A DNA stretch of 32,000 nucleotides from Methanothermobacter thermautotrophicus str. Delta H (lineage in GTDB: Archaea > Methanobacteriota > Methanobacteria > Methanobacteriales > Methanothermobacteraceae), in the NCBI RefSeq assembly GCF_000008645.1, contig NC_000916.1, positions 780,001 to 812,000 of the forward strand, in the 5' to 3' direction. Below the pieces are notes generated by a model, which had not been told where the DNA came from, made no database searches, and saw nothing but the letters and a program-made list of their open reading frames with translations. Both the position numbers and the translations under genes were made by a program. This document shows positions 27,935 through 32,000 of the stretch, piece after piece (the stretch's first letter is position 1; the number at the start of each line of letters is the position of its first letter).

Positions 27935-28597
27935 CTACTTTCGAAGGCCAAGGATCTCTGAAAGGGAAATTCCGCCTTCAACACCCTCCACTATTGAGGA
28001 CTCCTTCTCCCTCACCTTCAGGGCGGCCTTCACGACTTCCCCTGTAACCTCGGAGGGCACAACAACCACACCTGACTCATCACCGAGGAGCAGGTCCCCC
28101 TTTTTAACCATGACACCATCACACTCAAGGTCTACATTGAGCTGCCCCTCGGCACGGGGTTCCCCCGCGCAGGGCACATAGTCCCTTGAGAATACAGGGA
28201 AATCAAGTTCAAGGAGGGCATCAATATCCCTGCAGGATCCATAGATAACGACCCCTGCGATACCCCTTTTCATGGCGGTCTTAGAGGTGAGTTCACCCCA
28301 CACAGCCCTCTCATCACCATCAGCACCTATAAAAATAATTTCCCCTGGTGCTGCAGCATCAATGGCCATGACGGACGTCCCCCAGTCGTGCTGGGATGTC
28401 CTGACTGTGACCACTCTACCGCAGACACGCAGGTTGTTCACCGGTTTTATTGAGGGTATCACGCCAACCTCTCCGGTCACACTTTTGAGTGCATCGGAAA
28501 TCTGGGGCGCCGATATCCCAGATAAAAGCCTGACAGGGTCCTCGGGTACACTGAGCCTCCTGAGACGATCAATCGGTTTCATACCTCTCCTGGCCAT
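27935..28597 (-). CDS. RraA/HMG aldolase-like family protein
   Basis: 220 aa; ISAPQISDAL, RVVTVRT, AVWGELTSKTAMKRGIAGVVIYGSCRDIDAL, VKKGDLLLGDESGVVVVP. Confidence 0.9.
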   Translation of the reverse strand: MARRGMKPIDRLRRLSVPEDPVRLLSGISAPQISDALKSVTGEVGVIPSIKPVNNLRVCGRVVTVRTSQHDWGTSVMAIDAAAPGEIIFIGADGDERAVWGELTSKTAMKRGIAGVVIYGSCRDIDALLELDFPVFSRDYVPCAGEPRAEGQLNVDLECDGVMVKKGDLLLGDESGVVVVPSEVTGEVVKAALKVREKESSIVEGVEGGISLSEILGLRK

Positions 28598-28601
28598 CCA
28601 A

Positions 28602-28895
28602 TCAATCCTGGGGAGTTGTGACCTCTTCGACCATGGTCCTTCCAGCTACAACTTCATCAACACTGTGGATGGAACCACCATAACTCTCTATTGCCCTTGT
28701 TATCTCATCGAAATCCAGGTCGTTCCCCTGGATGGTCACCTTGATGTTCTCTGTTTCCTTGTCGATCTCCATGAGGGTGATGTTAACTCCCTCAACACCC
28801 CTCAGTTCACTCAGATACTTTGCATATTCAGGTATTATGGGTTCGTGGGGTTTCAGTATATCCAGAACGATTCTAATAAGGCCCTTAGCCACCAT
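28602..28895 (-). CDS. DUF211 family protein
   Basis: 97 aa; GLIRIVLDILKPHEPIIPEYAKYLSELRGVEGVNITLMEIDKETENIKVTIQGNDLDFDEI, the MTH889-type family. Confidence 0.88.
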   Translation of the reverse strand: MVAKGLIRIVLDILKPHEPIIPEYAKYLSELRGVEGVNITLMEIDKETENIKVTIQGNDLDFDEITRAIESYGGSIHSVDEVVAGRTMVEEVTTPQD

Positions 28896-29040
28896 CTTTC
28901 CTCCATGAATCTGTTAAAATGATATAGTATTATGATAACATAGATATTTAAATATAGCCCAGAAACACACCTCTGATTATTTTATATATCAGTATCGTCA
29001 TATAAGATATAGATATTATCAAGTTATTAAAGGGCCAGAT

Positions 29041-29457
29041 ATGTCTCTTATCAAGCTTCAGCAGATAACCGATGAGTTAGAGGAACTTAAATATCAGGGA
29101 GAGCAGGGAATACCCATACTAATTGAGGGCCGTAAGGATGAAGAAGCCCTGCGGGAGCTGGGCGTCAACGGTCCCTTCATAAAGGTTTCAGGCACCAGAC
29201 TGAGCCTTTCGGAGATTGCTCTCAGGGCATCCCGGACATCGAGGGTCATAATACTCACAGACTTTGACCGGAAGGGCAGTGAACTTGCAAAAAGACTCTA
29301 CAGGGACATGCAGAGTCTTGGAGCAGATCCAGACCTCAGGATACGTCGTAGACTCATGGGGATGACACGCAGATACATCAAGGATATACAGAGCCTCCCT
29401 TCTTACATTGAAAGGCTGAAGCTGGAGGTATGCCCGTACCCCCTTGATAATATCTGA
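29041..29457 (+). CDS. Toprim-domain protein (UPF0292-like)
   Basis: 138 aa; [16 protein letters not shown]...[17 protein letters not shown]. Confidence 0.88.
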
Positions 29458-29516
29458 ATGCTGTTATCATCACACTTCAATTTGATAACCAGTCATTCCT
29501 CAAAAGGAGGGTTTAC

Positions 29517-30662
29517 ATGGGAAAAGAAGAGATAAGCACAACTAAATACCTCATTCACGCTCAAATTAACGCTAATGGAATCGTAGAGAAACCAGATGTC
29601 GTGGGGGCGATATTCGGACAGACCGAAGGCCTCCTCAGCAACGACCTTGACCTCAGGGAATTCCAGAAAACAGGAAGGATCGGTAGAATCAAGGTTAACA
29701 TAACATCACGTGGTGGTAAATCAAAGGGGGAGATAATAATACCATCAAGCCTTGACCGTGTTGAAACCGCCATACTTGCGGCTTCCCTGGAAACGATAAA
29801 CCGTGTCGGGCCATGCGAGGCCTACATCCAGGTCACCAAGGTCGAGGACGTCAGGGCAGTTAAACGTAAGAGGGTCGTTGAGAGGGCCAAGGAGATCTAC
29901 GCAAGCATGATGGAGGAGGTTACTCCCGAAAGCCTCAAGATGATCGAGGAGGTAAAGGAGGCCATGCGCGTCCATGAGATCACCGAGTACGGTGAGGAGA
30001 AACTTCCGGCCGGCCCCAACGTTGAAACTTCAGACGCCATACTGGTGGTTGAGGGAAGATCAGACGTGCTCAACCTCCTCAAGTACGGTATAAAGAACGC
30101 CATAGCAGTGGAGGGTGTCAGTGTACCGAAAACCGTGGCTGATTTAACCAGGAAAAAGACCGTTACCGCCTTCGTTGATGGTGACAGGGGCGGTGAACTC
30201 ATACTCAAGGAACTCCTCCAGGTTGGTGAAATAGACTACGTCACCAGGGCCCCTAAGGGCAAGGAGGTGGAGGACCTTGAGAAGGACGAGATAATGATGG
30301 CCCTGCGTAACAAGGTGCCTGTTGAACAGTTCTACCATGACCTTGGAATGAAGAAGGAGAAGAAGAAGACAGAGGACAAGATGGTGCTCCTCCGTAACAT
30401 CCTGAAGGAGCTTGAGGGCACCGGAAACGCCGAGATACTCGACGACGCCCTGAACATACTCAGGGAGGTTAAGGTGGAGAACCTCTATGACGAACTGAGC
30501 AGGGTCAACAACCACCCCTACGCCGTGGTATTTGATGGTGTGATAACACAGCGCCTGGTTGACCTCTCCTTCGAGAAGGGTCTCAGATACCTTGTGGCCG
30601 TTAGAAGCGGGGATATAGTTAAGAAACCCCACAACCTCAAGCTTATAACCGGTCACACCTGA
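29517..30662 (+). CDS. dnaG: Archaeal DnaG-type primase
   Basis: 381 aa; Toprim [26 protein letters not shown]...[11 protein letters not shown]; AGGAGG SD before the ATG. Confidence 0.94.
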   Translation: MGKEEISTTKYLIHAQINANGIVEKPDVVGAIFGQTEGLLSNDLDLREFQKTGRIGRIKVNITSRGGKSKGEIIIPSSLDRVETAILAASLETINRVGPCEAYIQVTKVEDVRAVKRKRVVERAKEIYASMMEEVTPESLKMIEEVKEAMRVHEITEYGEEKLPAGPNVETSDAILVVEGRSDVLNLLKYGIKNAIAVEGVSVPKTVADLTRKKTVTAFVDGDRGGELILKELLQVGEIDYVTRAPKGKEVEDLEKDEIMMALRNKVPVEQFYHDLGMKKEKKKTEDKMVLLRNILKELEGTGNAEILDDALNILREVKVENLYDELSRVNNHPYAVVFDGVITQRLVDLSFEKGLRYLVAVRSGDIVKKPHNLKLITGHT

Positions 30663-30683
30663 AATTAACAGAAGGCATCAAAA

Positions 30684-32000
30684 ATGTATGTTGATATGAA
30701 CCGTGAGTATCTGAAGGACATAAACACCACGGAAGACGTTAAGATACCTGAGGATCCCCTTGAAAGGGTTATAGGGCATGAAGATGTCATGCCAATGATA
30801 AAGATAGCTGCTAAGCAGCGTAGACACCTGCTACTTGTTGGACCGCCGGGCATAGGAAAATCACTCCTTGCCCAGGCAATATCCTTTCACCTGCCTGAAC
30901 CATCTGAGGAGATAACGGTTGTCCACAACCCTGAAAGGCCAGAGAGACCATTCGTTGAGATAAAAAACAGGAAAGAGATCGAGGATGAAATCCTTGAAAT
31001 CGAAAGGGCTGAGGGGGAACTCATAGACCCCCAGAGCGCCCCTGATGCTGTTGCAGAGCGCCTGGGCTTCAAGTGCATCCACTGCGGGGAGTACAGCAGC
31101 GCCTATAACAGTATCTGCCCGCGGTGTGGTGGGGACAAGTTTTCACACATTAAGGCCCGGAGAAAACATATCGGAGACCTCCTTGGAATGTTTGAGATGA
31201 GTTCAGGGAGCCTCAGCGTCCCCCAGAAGAGGGTGACAACGACCCGGATCATTGATGGTGTTGAGGAGGTTGTGATCTATGAGCGGGTTGGTGGTGAGGA
31301 GATCAAGGTACTTGATCAGAGGGCCCTTGAAAAGCGAAGGCAGATCGTTGAGGAGAAGCCCAGGAACGTCATAGTACCCCTTGATAGAAAAACCTTTGTC
31401 CAGGCCACAGGGGCCAGTGAAACCGAACTCCTGGGAGATGTCCGCCATGACCCCTACGGAGGTCACCCTGACCTTGGATCCCAGCCCTATGAACGCGTTG
31501 TGCCGGGAGCCATCCATGAGGCCCATGAGGGTGTCCTCTTCATAGACGAGATAGTTCACATTGCAGGCCTTCAGAGGTTCATATTCAGCGCAATGCAGGA
31601 TAAAACATTCCCCATAGTCGGTAGGAACCCCCAGAGTGCTGGAAGTTCCGTCAAGGTCGATGAGGTTCCATGTGACTTCATATTTGTCGGTGCCTGCAAC
31701 ATTGCGGACCTCCAGTACATACTCCCCCCTCTGCGATCAAGGATCCAGGGAGAGGGTTATGAGCTTCTTCTGAACACCACAATGCCTGATACCGATGAGA
31801 ACCGGGCAAAGATAGCTCAGTTCGTTGCGCAGGAGATAGAGCTCGATGGAAAGATACCCCATGCCCGTGCCGCTGCCGTTGAACTCCTCATTGAAGAGGC
31901 TAGACGGAGGGCAAGGGCCGTGGATGATGTTGATAACGCCCTCACCCTCAGGCTCCGGGACCTCGGAGGGGTTGTGAGGATGGCCGGGGACCTTGCAGTT
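30684..32000 (+). CDS. Lon-like AAA+ ATPase/protease with embedded zinc ribbon (3' end outside window)
   Basis: Manual translation, frame open to the window edge, not in the supplied track: Walker A LLLVGPPGIGKSLLAQA, zinc ribbon CIHCGEYSSAYNSICPRCGGDKF, Walker B EGVLFIDEIVHI, sensor region VPCDFIFVGACNIADL. Confidence 0.88.
   Translation, partial: MYVDMNREYLKDINTTEDVKIPEDPLERVIGHEDVMPMIKIAAKQRRHLLLVGPPGIGKSLLAQAISFHLPEPSEEITVVHNPERPERPFVEIKNRKEIEDEILEIERAEGELIDPQSAPDAVAERLGFKCIHCGEYSSAYNSICPRCGGDKFSHIKARRKHIGDLLGMFEMSSGSLSVPQKRVTTTRIIDGVEEVVIYERVGGEEIKVLDQRALEKRRQIVEEKPRNVIVPLDRKTFVQATGASETELLGDVRHDPYGGHPDLGSQPYERVVPGAIHEAHEGVLFIDEIVHIAGLQRFIFSAMQDKTFPIVGRNPQSAGSSVKVDEVPCDFIFVGACNIADLQYILPPLRSRIQGEGYELLLNTTMPDTDENRAKIAQFVAQEIELDGKIPHARAAAVELLIEEARRRARAVDDVDNALTLRLRDLGGVVRMAGDLAV

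Overview
Chromosomal window from a methanogenic archaeon. Protein content and gene order match the Methanothermobacter thermautotrophicus region around MTH856-MTH892; this is from recall, not a database search. It is densely packed, with about 37 supported CDS and many stop/start overlaps. Recognisable genes include a TldD C-terminus, AMMECR1, a Nog1-like GTPase, Hsp20, a SIS-domain isomerase, stand-alone ThiN, DUF2124, DUF447, MTH865-like, adenine deaminase, an LOR/SDH-type ornithine cyclodeaminase candidate, agmatinase, aIF5A, pyruvoyl arginine decarboxylase, an IMPase/NAD kinase pair, a CfbE-like Mur ligase with HemC, a UbiA-like protein, aRF1, PyrH, a GT2+GT-B fusion, TFB/Gar1, a DUF211 protein, a Toprim protein with archaeal DnaG, and a truncated Lon-like AAA+ protein with a zinc ribbon that the ORF track misses. 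No rRNA, tRNA, transposon or true CRISPR array was recognised, and I see no clear novel defence or mobile system. Most worth a second look: (1) an AT-rich islet at about 5.7-7.2 kb with a Cys-containing winged-helix regulator, putative operators, a strong hairpin, an unlisted 37-aa Cys-rich ORF and an MTH865-like gene; (2) the zinc-ribbon Lon-like ATPase; (3) a polyamine/hypusine gene cluster with a compact divergent promoter; (4) inverted repeats that could hide the Shine-Dalgarno sites of pyrH and the ornithine cyclodeaminase-like gene; (5) a two-copy 29-nt direct repeat in a 460-bp non-coding gap; (6) the GT2+GT-B glycosyltransferase fusion.
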